Assembly: GCA_964016885.1 (NCBI GenBank)
Contig: OZ024741.1
Coordinates: 170,066,001-170,130,000, forward strand
Source of the DNA: Eledone cirrhosa
Lineage: Eukaryota
Direction: 5' to 3'
Length of the DNA stretch: 64,000 nt
Shown here: piece after piece, positions 40,802 to 56,007 of the stretch
Layout of the letters: each line of letters begins with the position of its first letter
How positions within the stretch are numbered: the first letter of the stretch is position 1
Translations under genes and position numbers: made by a program
Notes under the pieces: generated by a model
Told to the model about the DNA's origin: nothing
The model's input: the letters and a program-made list of their open reading frames with translations, nothing else
Database searches by the model: none

Positions 40802-40872
40802 TATTTTATCTGACGAAAACGCAAATGTTATTGCATGATGATATTTGTTTTTGAAACGCGCATAATAAAATA
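40802..40872 (+). ncRNA. Hammerhead in solo PLE4-family pLTR fragment (~40733-40912)
   Basis: UAUUUUAU-CUGACGA..GAAA-CGCGCA-UA^-AUAAAAUA. Confidence 0.7.
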
Positions 40873-40906
40873 CATGGAACTCTTTTAACCATCTTTTGAT
40901 CATATG

Positions 40907-40946
<40 letters not shown>

Positions 40947-40947
<1 letters not shown>

Positions 40948-41268
40948 CTTAGGGTAAATATTGATGCAATTCAAATCAAGCACTCAACGAACTTTTTCCT
41001 CATAGGAGTGACGGAGTAAATATCGAATAAGTAAAAGCGAAGTAGTTTTAGATGTTCAAGTCCTTTAATAAAAATGCTGTGATATATTCCCATGTCGATT
41101 TAACTTGGATTGCCTCGGAAACATAACCTTATTATGTAACAAGCTGTCTGATGATGTCACGACACTCGCACACAGAACAGTGTGGCCAGCGTCGTCATTG
41201 AAATATATATCACAGCATTGTTATTAAAGGACTTGAGCATCTGAAACTACTTCGCTTTTACTTATTCT

Positions 41269-41270
<2 letters not shown>
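40947..41270. mobile_element. Small inverted pLTR element (same family as 5973-7915) with HHR at 41143-41216 (+)
   Basis: Matches 7370-7505 and 7700-7845. Confidence 0.82.
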
Positions 41271-41322
<52 letters not shown>

Positions 41323-41414
41323 GTACGTATGTATATATAGGTCTATATATAGCTGTATAATATATATATATAGGTTTGTACATATGTATGTATATATAGG
41401 TCTATATATAGGTG

Positions 41415-41455
<41 letters not shown>

Positions 41456-41457
<2 letters not shown>

Positions 41458-42278
41458 AAATTAAGATAAATTAAATGAATTTAATCTAAATCAAAATTAT
41501 GGGTCTCATGCCAGAAAGACATGCACCATATCACCCGGAATTTATGGAATATATACAGGGAAGATTAATCATATTATAAGGAATCTATTTTTGAAGTTCT
41601 GGTCAACTTTATTTAGTTACCTACCTAGCTATGTGTGGTTACACACTTGTAAAAATTATCTCCTGTGATTATTCATGTTTATATATATGTTAATCAATTT
41701 CTAGTTATTATAAAATGCTCGGACCTACTCGTTAGAATCTTAGAGCTTATTTTCCGGGTGATATGGCGCATGTCTTTCTGGCATGACACCCATAATTTTG
41801 ATTTAGATTAAATTCATTTAATTTATCTTAATTTTGGATATAGATATATAAATGCGGCTCCTTAATTGTAGAGCAAACTCTGTTGAAAGGACTCGACTGC
41901 TGTTTCTAGTTGTCGATAACCCTATTCACGCCACTGGAACTAAGCTACTATGATGTGTGTATTTCTAGTAAATACTACACGTGGTGATGGCAAGTCGCAG
42001 ATTTAAAATTGTTGTGTAAACACGGATTGCTGGAAATTTCTTCCTTGTTGAAATTCCAAATCTCCACTTCCGTGGTTTACCATCCGATTAATTGGTGAAA
42101 TATATTTCTTTAATGGAATATATACAGGGAAGATTAATCATATTATAAGGTATCTATTTTTGAAGTTCTAGTCAACTTTATTTAGTTACCTACCTAGCTA
42201 TGTGTGGTTACACACTTGTAAAAATTATCTCCTGTGATTATTCATGTTTATATATATATTAATCAATTTCTAGTTATA
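41456..42278 (+). mobile_element. Non-coding element with inverted 5' arm and ~570-bp partial tandem (PLE-like architecture)
   Basis: 41456-41540 is inverted to 41753-41836; 41543-41708 repeats at 42113-42277; TA flanks. Confidence 0.65.
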
Positions 42279-42384
42279 TATATATATATATAATTAGGAT
42301 TTAGCTTCAGGCATAGCTGTATACAGGTATGTATAGAAATTTCGTTGTTTCTTTAGAAATACTAAATTTCTATACATATATCTA

Positions 42385-42457
<73 letters not shown>

Positions 42458-42683
42458 CCTATCTATCTATCTATCTATATCGCATAGTATAGACGCGTAC
42501 AACATCGGCTCCTGCCTTTTTGAATGTTTACCTATTGACAGTAAGTGTTTGTCTCTTTATTGTGTTGTCTTCGTGTCTTTTAACCACCCGGCTAGGTCTG
42601 TAGACGGGTGGTCATCGTATTTTCACCCCTTTTGGGAGTAAAAACTACTCCAAAAAATTTTTGCTGACTCACATGGTAAAAAA

Positions 42684-44434
42684 TTGACGCCATGTGTGAA
42701 CGAAAACGCCACGCTCCCTAAGGAAGAAGAGAGAAAGAAGCAAACGGTACAAAGTGTTTTGCTTTCCCGCGTCAACGTTTTAAAAGATGGATACAAACCC
42801 AATTACAACGAAAACACTATCAATGACAAAACCAACACACCAAATGAGAAAGACAACAACAACACAAATGAAAATAACTCAAACTACGAGAAACAGAACA
42901 ACTCAAACACCAACAACGAACACAAAATATCTTTTGCACAGACTGCTAAAATATCAGTCACCTATGTACTTGAGGATATAACAAATGCAAAAGAAATGCT
43001 TGAAAAAGCAAAAAAATATGTATCTTTTGGCGAAAATGGATCTTTTTCCATCAATTCGCCCCCAGAACTAAAAAAACAGACGGAATTACGAACTGTTGTA
43101 TTCCGTACAATTGCCAACAAAACAAGAAAACCAGCACAACCATCTCAAGCTGAAATTCAGTTGGTCCTGAAAGAGGCTATGAAAGACATAATTTTCATAC
43201 AAAAGGATAAACTCTATGGGAGTTTATCCATATTGATGTAAGACGAATTGGCGGCGAAAAAATACTCTGTGTCGCCAATTCGTTCCACACATTACACCTT
43301 TTTTCCAACCTACATGGGTAAAAAAACCCAAAGAATTTGGATAACCACCATCACCCCAAACATAAACTACTGGTGGTTACTAACCGGTTTCCTCAACTTG
43401 GACGAGGACAACCTTATATCAATAGGGAAGGCATCCGGCGACGCGTTCAGTGGAACGAGCATTGAAGTTCTGACCCAAATAAGGCCAGAACGTATCGCTC
43501 AAATCCCTGAACGCGTCATGCTGGATGACCGTACCCACCTCAACATTATTGTGGAGGGTAGGCGTCCCTCCTGTTACCCCTGTGGCAACAGAGGTCACCT
43601 GAGGGCTGCCTGTCCCTAGCTCACACCGAAAAAACCATTGCTACCAACACCCCAACAACAACATCAAAAACAACCAACACCACCACCACCCCAACAACAA
43701 CAACAAAAACAACCACAACAACAAAAAACAACAACACCACCACCACAACAACAACAAACACGTGAAAAAACAACACAGAACACTGTCCCACCCAAACCCT
43801 CCCCACCCAAAACAAATACAAAAACACACACACCGCAAACACTACCAGAAAATATACCCCTCCCACCCAACAAGGAAGACGAACCCCTTTCGCCGCAAGA
43901 CGAAAAAGATCCCTTCCAAATAGTAAAAAGAAAGAAGAGGAGGCGCATCACAGACACACTTATTAACATAAACCATCCCCAAGAGAAAACAAACTATATA
44001 CAAACCACCCCTCCCCGTCACACATCACTAACTGCAACGCAAAAAAGACTTTACAATATACATACATGAACACAAACAACAAAGAAATAATGAACACAAT
44101 TTCGTCAAACCCTTCGGTCCAAACTGAAGGGCCTAACTTTCTAACTGCTGTGGGACTACCTCATTTACACATGATTAAAGTCCCAATGAACTTATACAAA
44201 ACGTTGAAAATAAATTTCACGGCGGTCGTGCCCCACCCCTGCACCAAGCCAATCAACCGCATCCTCCTAAAAAATGTCCCCATCCCCTACCGAGACACCC
44301 ACTCAACTACAAACACCCCAACCCCACAACACACTGATGCCCCTACACTTCCACAAACCACCAACCCACCCAACAACCCATCCCCAACGCTCATGGAAAT
44401 TGAGCAGCCCGCTCCCCGGGACGGAGAGAAGTAA
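42684..44434 (+). pseudogene. LINE ORF1 (CX2CX4HX4C knuckle, Pro/Gln/Thr-rich tail), interrupted
   Basis: VEGRRPSCYPCGNRGHLRAACP. Confidence 0.8.
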
Positions 44435-44458
44435 GTGCCTTTTCTTCTTACCACAAAC

Positions 44459-47400
44459 ATGGCTGTGCTGAGAGTAGGGTGTCTAAATGCGCGTGGCCTG
44501 GGCTCACTTTAGAAGCAAGCAATGCTTCTAAATGACCTCAGGTCACGATCTATAAATGTGATGGTTATCTACGAGGTCCGGATCAGCACGTGCGACAGCT
44601 AGCCCCCCACCTTTGATGACTTTGAGATGCACGCATCTCTCTGTCAGCCCGGATGTGGGGGTGGGGTTGTCGTTCTGCTGCAAAAACATCTGGGTCTCGC
44701 CACACAGATAGTTCACTTGGACCAAGAGGGTCGACTGGTGGTGCTGGACCTTTCCAGTGGTGAAGGTGGAGCCTTTAGGCTGGTAGCCGCATATGCCCCT
44801 TTTGGGACAGAGCGGCCCGACTTCTTCCAACGTCTGGAGTCTTTTCTAGCGACGTCCCGTTCCCTGCTTTTAGTGGGGGACTGGAATGGTATCCTGGATG
44901 CAGGTTGGGACTATGCAGGGGCATGTCCCGATAGAGAGGGGGTGCAACAGCCTCAAGAGATTACTCGGCCGATTTGACCTGGCCGATAGATTTCGACTAG
45001 ATTTTCCGACGGTGCCAACCTGGTCTTGGACAAATCGTAGCGGTCAATCTAAATCGTACCTAGATAGGTTCTTAGTTAGAAATAAGGACAGGGACATTTT
45101 AAGTTGTCCAGAAATGCTCATGGTTGGCTATTCAGACCACAAGTTGGTAACAGGCATGGTCAACCTTGATAGAACGCATAGACAGGGTCCCGGTTACTAG
45201 AAGCTGAACTTGTCCTTACCAGCAAGTAAAGCTTACAGGGACCGGATTAGTACGTTAGTTAAGGAGCGGTTGACTAGAGCGATCGTCAACAGCAGGTCGT
45301 GGGTATCTCTAAAGAGAGAGATTAGATTGGTCTTGATAGAATTTAGTAAGGTTCTAGCTGCGGATAGGAATAGGAAGGAAAGGGAGCTGATAGATAGAGT
45401 AGAAGAGGCAATTAGAAGCGGCGACGTGGCCAGAGTGCTAGCGTCAAGAACGGCTTTGAGCCAGTTTTTCGACGCGAAGCACGAAGGCTGCGTTGTCCGA
45501 AGTAAAATACGTGCTCTAAGGAACGAGGGAACCAAAGCTGTTAGATGGGCCCGCGTGACAGAAGCCGAGAGTGGAACTAAACCCACCATCTGGTCTTTGC
45601 GAGACCAGGATGGACGGGCGATCCTTGAACCTAAGAAGATGTGTGAGGCCTTTCAAAGGCACTTTGCCCGATTGTTCGGAAGGGGCGAGGTCCGGTTGGG
45701 GAAGTGGACTTCGGTCCATACCTCGACGGCCTGCCGCGTCTCTCGGGCGAGGAGGCGAAGTCCTGCAAGGAGCCGATTTCAGCCGCTGAGATAGAGGACG
45801 TGCTGAGCTAATGCGGCAAACTCAAATCCCCGGGTCTCGATGGTCTTCCATACGAACTATATCTAGCTATGCCGGACTTGTTCCCCGATCTCCTCGAGGC
45901 GGTCTACTTCAACTGGCAACAGTACGGGAGAATTCCCTGTTCTGTGACCTATGGCGTAGTCACGCTAGTGAGGAAGGACGAGAACCAGGGGGACGAAATA
46001 AGTAACTTCAGGCCCATAACTCTGCTAAATACAGAGTTACAGATTTTGGCCAAGGTGCTAGCAAAGAGGTTGGCGCTTGTCGTGGGCAACCTGGTGGGAG
46101 ATGCGCAGACATGTGCTATCACGTCCAGGTCCATCCACGACAACCTCCACCTCATGCGGTACATCATAGAGAAGGTTGGGAACGAACCCGGCTCTGGTGG
46201 GGCCCTGATCAGCTTGGATCAATCTAAGGCATTCGATAGGGTCGACCATGGTTACCTGGATGCGGTGCTAGCGGCGGCAGGCTTGGGACCCGTTTTCAGG
46301 GGCTGGATCACTGCTATGCACAGCAGCCGCATCTGCTCTAGAGTCAAGATGAACGGCTACCTCTCGGAGCCGTTCGAAATCGCACGGTCCATCCGACAAG
46401 GGTGCCCTCTCTTCTCCCTTCTGCATGTATTGACTCTCGATTCACTACTGCGGAAGTTGAATTTGTTGCAGGGCATCCCTTTGGAACCAGGATTGCGGAA
46501 AGCGGTGTCGGCCTACGCCGATGACGTGACTGTAATGATGTCGACGGCCTCGGAAATCGGGGCGATCGGCACCTTACTGGAGGAGTACGAAAGGTTCACA
46601 GGGGCTAAGCTGAACCGGGTCAAGTCGATCACTTTGCAACTGCATTTGGAGGGGCAAACCGATTCTCTCCGATGGCGTCGTCGGACGCTGGACGGAGGGC
46701 CCGGTGAAGTTGCTCGAGGTCTGGTTCAGACCAGACCTCCAGGTGGAGAAGAACTGGGGTGAGGTTACGAACAGGGTGTTTGCACTGCCCCAGAAGTGGG
46801 CCAGTTGCAAACTATCCCTGAATGGTCGGGCGGAGGTGGCGAACACCTATATAGCGTCCGTCATCTACTACTGCCTGACCGTCGTGCCTTGCCCAAGGGA
46901 AACCCTTGCCAAGATGGAGCGCGCACTCTTCCAATTCCTTTGGAAGAAGCTCGCTCCTTTGGTGAGGAGATCCATCTGCTGTCAACACCCTTCGAAAGGA
47001 GGGCTGGGGATGCCGTGGCTAATGATGCGTAAACACGCATTAAGGCTACGGCACCTCCACGTATTACTGACCGGTCAACCCGTGTTGGCCCCGTTTGTGA
47101 GACAAACCTTTCCCAGACTCGTCTCACTCACCGAGATGCAATCCTGGGTCAAGCAAAGACCGAGAAAACTGGGCGCCTGGCACACTGAGTGTGCCCAGGC
47201 TCTCACGGCCCTCTGACAGGCGGACCCGGTTATCAGTGGAGACTCCACCGCGTATGTGGGGCTATGTCGAACGACTGCTATCACGGGTGGGACCGATCCG
47301 GTTGACAATCGAGGCCATATTAACGATTAAGCCGCCTCCCCCCTTCAAAAATGAAAGAGAGGCAGTGTTTCTGTGCGAAATAGCCATGGTGAAAGAGGTT

Positions 47401-47601
47401 GTATGGTGGACGCGTCTGAAAGGACTCAGGTCAGGCACCTTTCTCTCTGGCCAACAACTGATCAGTTTCTTCCGATATCATTTCGGAAGAAGGATCAGGA
47501 TGGAGAGAGAGGTGCTCCACCCCAGTCGTTTCTATGAAAGGTAGGTGAAAGTGGCGAGAATGGCCCGTGTGAATGGGCCTTCTCTCTACATCAGCCTGTA
47601 G
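44459..47601 (+). pseudogene. LINE ORF2 (APE endonuclease + RT), multiple stops/frameshifts
   Basis: MAVLRVGCLNARGL, GDWN, SYLDRF, YSDH, FRPITLLN, LDQSKAFDRVDH, RQGCP, AYADD, GGLG.P. Confidence 0.92.
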
Positions 47602-47827
47602 GTGGAAAAGAGGAAGGAACGAGGGAGCACCCTCTCTCTGTGCTCCTGAGGAGAAGGGGTTGCACACTTTTTTCGGTGGTGCGTGCGACTCCCCAAACGC
47701 CCCCTCCCCATTGAGGAATTTATTGTTAATTTTATATTTGTTATTTGTTTTCTTTACTCGCCTTTTTGTGTAAACTCCCCCCTTGTATTTGTCCCCTTCT
47801 TTTGCGCCCTAGTGGCAATAAATAGAA

Positions 47828-48042
<215 letters not shown>

Positions 48043-48387
48043 TACACTACATACGCACGCATATATGTATATATGCAAATAGATATATATTTATACATAA
48101 TCACAGAGTCAGACAGAAAGGTCAACATATCTAGGTGACTGGTTTTCCATATGACTCGCACCACTTTCATTAATGAAGTACGCACAGCCGGGAGTTTTAA
48201 TATATTTACATTGAAACTGATGCGAAAGTGCCGAAATCGGTAATGTGTTGGATAAATTGTCTTGTAATGAATAGCAATTTCATTTTATGTTCTGATTTTG
48301 AATCTTACCCTTGTCAACTTTGAATTCCATCCTTTCTCAGTTAAGAACTGATATAGACTTAATCGACCTCGAAATTTGCGTCATTGT

Positions 48388-48640
48388 TCCTATGCAGAAT
48401 CGTTAGAGCGTCGGATAGATTGCTTTATGTTATTCGTTTCGGCTCTCTGCTCAGTGAGTTCAAATACCGCCGATGTCAAGTATGCCATTCATCCTTTCGA
48501 GGTCGATACAAAAACGTACTAGGGTCGATTCTTACTCTCTCTGGAAGAAATCTACTCTACTCATTAGCTACTGACTCTACCAGACTTAAAATGTTCAAAA
48601 TATGCCGTATGTCAATACGGTGCCCCTACGACTTTATCGG
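48388..48640 (+). mobile_element. SINE family B, diverged
   Basis: gagttcaaataccgccga B box and central domain. Confidence 0.65.
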
Positions 48641-49627
48641 GATTTACGGGACCATACCTTACCATATCTATGCTATAAACATGTATGTTTTCATTGAAAA
48701 TAAAAAAAAAACCTATGACACAGGTAAAACGACCGGATAGATACAGTGTCTTGTGGTATTGAATTATGGTTCTGTACATTCTGTTTTCAAAGTTTGTTGC
48801 GGTAGATTTTATCATTCATTTTTGCTGGTTTGAATAACATATCAATACCACTTAAGGAAGACGATGGAAAGAGGGAATGGATGTTTATATTTAGTAAATA
48901 TTAAAAAGCTGAGACACACAATCTTCTCTTATGTTTATTAACCCTTAACAAAATTATGAAATTTACCCCATCAAATAATCAGACAACATTTCATTAATAT
49001 ATTGTTGATGTTACAATATAACAATTACGAAACCTAACATTGTCACCTATTTAATGTAAAAAAACCCAACTTTTCCACTGGTTTCAGTAAATATACTGTG
49101 ACCATGATGGGACATCGGCTTTAAAAGCTTTTAGTTAATCGCATCGAAGTCAGGAAGTATTTCTTGGATGTTTCGTCCTAAATTTATCCATTTCTATTCA
49201 TGGAACTATTAAGTTATGGGCAATAAACAATCGGAAACGTAAATACAGTCGTGGGCACTCACACTGTCCCTACCCATATATATATATATATATATATAGT
49301 CTTCAAAATATTCAGGTAGATACATAAGTGTTGTTAGTTTCCTAGACAACATGTAGAAAATCGGGAGTTAAAAGAATGTTATGCATCAGAGAACCCATTT
49401 AAAAGGAGCAATGGTGAAAAGTGCAAGGGGTACAAGCAAAAAGTACAAGCAAAAAAAGTTACAAGCAAGAAAAAAATGTAAGATAGGATAGACATAAGAT
49501 ATATGATTGGAGATCAGGTAATGATAAGGGTATATAATGCAAGAGTCAATACAATCAATAAGGCATGTATGAAGACTAGGATTCTAATCACCTGTTTAGA
49601 CATTCCCTATGTTCCGATGATTCTAGA

Positions 49628-49717
<90 letters not shown>

Positions 49718-49721
49718 TATG

Positions 49722-49795
<74 letters not shown>

Positions 49796-49843
49796 CGAAG
49801 AAGTTAATGAAAGAGAAGCAAGCCGTTAAAGTATATTTATAAG

Positions 49844-49888
49844 AAGAACTTACACATGTTACGTCCAAGTTGGACTCTTCAGAGTCTT
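49844..49888 (-). ncRNA. Hammerhead with GAAA>GUAA mutation
   Basis: AAGACU-CUGAAGA-GUCCA ACU UGGAC-GUAA-CAUGUG-UA^-AGUUCUU. Confidence 0.6.
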
Positions 49889-50669
49889 ACAAGGAAATAA
49901 AGGATTCAATAAAGAGCCCTGAATGGGTATGAGTACTATTTTAACATCTAAATTCATATCTCGTTGTTACAAAGTTAAATGTTTATGCTTGTGAACAAAG
50001 GGAAGTAATTCCGGTGTTATTTGGATTTATCTGCTAAATTAAAGTCCACTATTACCAAATATTTATTTATTCCCCTACTTCTAGTTACTACTTGCTAATT
50101 TAATTTTGCTTTGTCAAGCCAATTTAATGAGGCACAGTTAAGGTATGAATGTGAGTGTTCAATAAGATTAAGGTCAATGTAGGTTATGCACCGGTTTAAA
50201 TTAGTATAAAGCTGCAATTTCATCATAGGCTTAAACGCCGAGATTATATATATATACGACGGTCTTCAGAAAGAAAAGTAATAAAAAAGTAGTGGGACTG
50301 AATCCCAAACCATATTATCACGAAACATACTCCTTAACCGCACAGCCATTTCTGTACTTATAATTGTTAGAATATAGATCCTCAAGATGCCCCTAAAAAA
50401 AAAGAAAAAAACAACAACAAAAAGAAACAATTAAAACTAAACGTAGTATTCCCTTTTTATTGAAATATGCTGAGAAATTTTACTTCATAAAAAAATTTCA
50501 CTTTCCTGGCTTTCATGTTTTTAATGAATAGTATTGTTCATATAGAGTAAGGTGCCAATTACCAGTACCTATATATGGTGACGGTCGACAATCATACACT
50601 AGTACTTTGAGACAAAAATTATAAATATGTAGTAGTCAGTTAATTCTTTATAATATTAGTTCAATATAT

Positions 50670-50761
<92 letters not shown>

Positions 50762-50980
50762 ATATTAGAATGTGTGTATAGAATACCATAGTATTTAAGA
50801 CATTCAAACATTAAGTAAAGGAATAAGCACTCAGTACACTCAGTACCAAGTTTCGGCTTGGTCCGTTAATCATATTCGAATATAAAGCTGGCATGCTGCA
50901 TATAAATATAATGATAATTCTTAGCTCTAAATAATAGTTGAAAAAATCAGGTTAAATATCAAAGGAGAGGCAAAAAAGTG

Positions 50981-51045
50981 GTGAATCGAACCTCGTGTCG
51001 CTCGTATGCTGAACGAGCGCGTTTAAACATTAAACCTTGTGCCGC
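50981..51045 (-). pseudogene. tRNA-Ala(AGC)-like remnant / SINE head
   Basis: Anticodon arm CTCGT-TCAGCAT-ACGAG and T-loop GGTTCGATTC; no acceptor stem. Confidence 0.45.
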
Positions 51046-51305
51046 TTAGCTGCGAATTATTGTCTGTTTAGAAAATTGAAGCGTGAAGCTAAAGGTGTGT
51101 ACAATATATGTTTATCTTACAAAGTAATGTGACATTTGAAATATGAAAATATAGTAGGCACCATGCAGATAATAATAATATGGTTTATCTGCACATAAAA
51201 TCTAACATAGCAATAGAGATGAACAATATAAATACATACACAGACAAAAGTACACACACACTCATACACATATCTATCTCTCCCTAAGTCTCTTTCTCTC
51301 TCTCT

Positions 51306-51382
<77 letters not shown>

Positions 51383-52135
51383 CCTCTCTCTCTCTCTCTC
51401 TTTATATATATGATTTCAGGTGAATGTATAAAGGCACATGTATGTATATACACAAACACACACACATACGTAAGAAAAACACAAATATAAGGACAATTCC
51501 CGCTCTTCGGCTGTCTGCTGTGGGTCGCTGATGTTTTGACGCATTAAAGACAGTACATCGTACCACAGTGCGTTAATAACTAAGAGAAATAGTTATTTGG
51601 GAAGAAAAAAAAAAGACAGGGTCTATAGCGAAGAGAACGACAGATAAAGAAAATTATCAGACGAAAAACATACCGAAAGAGAGGGGAGATATTAGTACAT
51701 GTAAGTTGCAGTAACCAATGGGAGAAAGGGAAAAGTTAAAAAGAGGATCGAACGGAAGCCCTGAATCCGTATTAACAGCGTGATAGAGAGCGAAGAGAAA
51801 AACGTCTGATCTTAGCGAGAACATGCGCAAAGAGGGAGAGACGAAGGAAAACGGAAGTGAGAGGGGGAGGGGGGAAGTGGTAGTTATTAAATCACTGTGA
51901 TGAGATGTACTATCTTTAATGCGCCGAAAAAACAGCGACCAAGGATAACAAAATATCGTTATAGGTAATCCAGTTAGAGATTGTGAATACTTCTTATTAT
52001 GGATAGTTTTAGCGTACGGGGTTGTTTAACTCAACAAGAGGTTTACGTAGATGACGAGTTTATGATTTCACGTGTATTCCAATGTAAGTTTATCTTGGAG
52101 TAATAGCATTGAAAAAATGGAGAATAACATGGTCA

Positions 52136-52247
52136 ACAGTTTCTGAAGATCTGATCGAGCTTACATCGTATTTAAAATTTAGTGGCACTGCTTCTAGTGT
52201 TCAGCAATTTTTAGACATCTTTATCAGTGAAACAATTGTTAGACTGT
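52136..52247 (+). ncRNA. Type I hammerhead with ~65-nt insertion in stem II
   Basis: ACAGUUU-CUGAAGA-U-CUGAU..AUCAG-U-GAAA-CAAUUG-UU^-AGACUGU; enclosed by a ~33-bp inverted repeat (52108-52140/52268-52300). Confidence 0.72.
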
Positions 52248-52387
52248 AAATAAATCCCCTTTTTTGTACTGTTGACCATGTTATTCTCCATTTTTTCAAT
52301 TATATATATATTTCCCACTCTACTACTCTAAGTATTGAGTACTCTGGTGCGTTATAGTCCATCTGGTTCCTTACCACAGTTCCTTTG

Positions 52388-52440
<53 letters not shown>

Positions 52441-52959
52441 AAGAGTGTCTGTGGTGCTGAGACGAGGAGACCACTAATCATGTGAGTACTTGATACATGG
52501 TGGAATGTTGAGTAGGCATAGAGATATATAATAACCTGTTTATACTACTTTTTACTATTAACTCTTCATTTAAAAATACCCTTTCAACCTACCTGTAAAT
52601 AACCCTCCATTTTAAGACCATTATGCCCATTCTCCTACCCCTACCCACTAACGCTCTGCACATTACTTCCTTCTCCACTTACCTGTCTGAATATACTTAC
52701 CACTGCCTGTCCCCACCACATCCTCCATCTGACCTGTTTACTACTTTCATAAAGTCAACCAAAGCACTATCAAGACCAGTGACCTATTTTCTATACCCTA
52801 CAGATATTACTACGCCCTTCAACGCACACGTCTCCCTTCGGAAAAAATTAAACACAAGGATAATCACTAATATTGCGCACTGGAATCTAGCTGTAGTATA
52901 CGGTATTACATATATACGTAACTATATACATACACACATGCAGACAAATTTGCGTACAG

Positions 52960-53059
<100 letters not shown>

Positions 53060-54007
53060 TATTTTAAAGCCCAGATCTCAGTTTTTGGGGAATATAAGTC
53101 TAATTGGCTAAAATAAGGTCAATTTCAACTTATTAATACCCGAACTATGTTTTCGAAAATTCAAGAAGCAGTAGCTGGAACTCAAATACATTGGAATAAC
53201 CAATATTGGAAGAATCCAAGTTTCATCATCAGGAGGTGGTTTCTTGATAAGAACAACGGCTCAAGTAGAAAACATTATCATACATACCATTTCACTGCTA
53301 GATCTAGTAAGTGAACAGACTGTTGTCTCTTTAAATGGCTGTGTGTGTATATATTCTACCGAAAAGGTCCAGCTGAATATATATCATATAATCATAGCAC
53401 TTATATACCACATGGGAAAGTAGCATGATGCAACATTGAAATACTGTATGAACATTTTCTACTCAGTGTATCAGAACAATACGACGGGCTTATATGGACG
53501 CTAGAAATAGCAGCCAAAAAGCCGTCGAAATCACCTCAAAACAATGACTGCTCCTTCATATATCCTCATATATATATACGTATGTGCGTATGCATGTATA
53601 TATGCATATGTAGAACAATCTGTATACATCTGTGTATATATACGTACATGAAATAAACTGTATTAGAGACAGTTAACTGTGTAGAATTATAGATTAATAT
53701 ATATATATATAAATATAAATATATGTATATATATTTCTAAATATATATAAATATTGTTATATATATTTAGAAATATATGTATGTCTGTGTGCGTGTGTGC
53801 GTGTGTGCGTGTGTGCGTGTACGTGAGTGTGTGTATATGTGTGTTTGTGTGAGTTTGTATGTGTTTGTGTGTATGTGTGTACGTTTCTGTGCATGTGTGT
53901 GCGTATATATATATGTGTGCGTGTGTATGTATATATATGTGTGCGTGTGTGTGTGTTTGTGTGTGTGTATGTGTGTGTGTGTGTGTAGATGTGTGTGTGT
54001 GCGTGTA

Positions 54008-54049
<42 letters not shown>

Positions 54050-54437
54050 TGTGTGTAGATGTGTGTGTGTGTAGATGTGTGCGTGTGTGCGTGTATGTGT
54101 GTGTGTGTAAATGCCTTTAAACAACGTTCGGCTGAGAGCATTGCAACATAGCAACCTATTTGTAATTCAATTTTGTCGCTATAAATTAATCACGTGTATA
54201 TTGGACACAGGTCATAGAGTATATATGCATAATCGTTGTATATATATGGATTCCAGCATATACGCATACATACATACATACGTACATACATGCAAACATT
54301 CATACATCCAAACAGAAATTTACACACAGGCATACAAACTCACAAATATATATGTACATATATATATGTCTGAATGTTTTGCTGTATGTATGTATGTATG
54401 TATGTATGTATGTATGTATGTATGTATGTATGTATGT

Positions 54438-54810
54438 ATGATGGTATCCAATGATGTTGACTTGTTCTTCTTTTTGGTAAATATCATCTTGGTTAAGAGA
54501 GTGGGACTGGCTTTGTGCAGTGCCTTTGCTCACTATAAAAGCATCACGGCACAGGCATTGCTTTATATCTAGAGATCTCTCTGCACTTGTCATCACATAG
54601 TACCATGGGCCCAGCACTGTGTCAATAATTGTCACAGGTGTAGTGTTTGTACCAGAGTTTTCAAGTCGTTGGCTGGACTAAAAAGTCACACTCGTTCAGC
54701 GCATCGGTAGTGGTTCTCCTACATGGATATAAAGTAGTGGCCATACTCGAAAACGAGTTGGCAGCCACTATGTATGTATGTATGTATGTATGTATGTATG
54801 TATGTATGTA
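54438..54810 (+). mobile_element. 5'-truncated RTE derivative between (TATG)n tracts
   Basis: Matches 31563-31900. Confidence 0.8.
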
Positions 54811-54984
54811 TGTATGTATGTATGTTTGTATATATGTATGCATGTATGTATGTATGCAGTAAACAATAGCTAGATTCCAGTGCACAATGTTATTGATTGT
54901 TGTTTAATTTCTTTGAAAGAGAAATTTTTTTTATATTTGTTATATATATATATATATATATATGTATACACACACACACACACA

Positions 54985-55082
<98 letters not shown>

Positions 55083-55710
55083 TATATACATTTATATACA
55101 GATATACTTATATACGAGTATATCTATATATATATATATGAGGTATTATTGTATATGTATGCATACTGACAATTATATGGATTTACAATTTCGAGCCGGC
55201 GTCGGTTTGAAATCACATATGAGATAGATGATATATATGTATATATATATATATAAAGGGGTTCCGGCGCTATAGTTCCGACGCTCTCTTAGGTTATTCA
55301 ACTTAGCTTTCTACATTGTTATACCAATCTTAACTCTCCATACGCTATATCATTTTCATTCCGTCTTATATTCTTTTTCCCTGATGATCCTGTGAATGTG
55401 CAGGTGAAATCTGAGAGTAAGAATACTCATTACTTACCTCATCTCCAAATATTCGGACACCATCCTCGCCCTACAACTCTCCTTTATTCTCTTCCCTCCC
55501 CTTTGTACCACTCCACCCTTCATTCCTCCTCTTCTACTCCAATTCCCATTCATCCTCCTCCTACTATATATATATATAGGAACGAGTAGGACCCCGATGG
55601 CTAGTTCTGGACTTTTAGTCCTACTCGTTCCTATTACCCACTCTACTACCCTAAGTATTGAGTACTTTGGTGCGTTATGGTCCACCTGGTTCCTTACCAC
55701 ATTTCCTTCG

Positions 55711-55798
<88 letters not shown>

Positions 55799-55900
55799 GA
55801 GCAAACATCACGAGCGCTCTATCTCAAAATTATTTTTGAAAAGCATTAGAAATGCACAACCGGTAAAAACATATATATATATATATACATATATATATAA

Positions 55901-56007
<107 letters not shown>

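Larger units (their letters stand above)
42481..47827 (+). mobile_element. L1/Tx1-clade LINE, near full length, decayed
   Basis: ORF1 with zinc knuckle; ORF2 with APE and RT; (TCTA)n on both flanks. Confidence 0.92.

Noticed and set aside
53216-53240. CUGAUGAUGAAA on the minus strand
   Set aside because: No stem II or stem I.
53100-53510. Possible old LINE RT fragment
   Set aside because: Too degenerate to support a call.
55375-55425. CUGAUGA-UCCUG..CAGGU-GAAA motif
   Set aside because: Stem III and the UH site cannot be fitted; probably a degenerate HHR.
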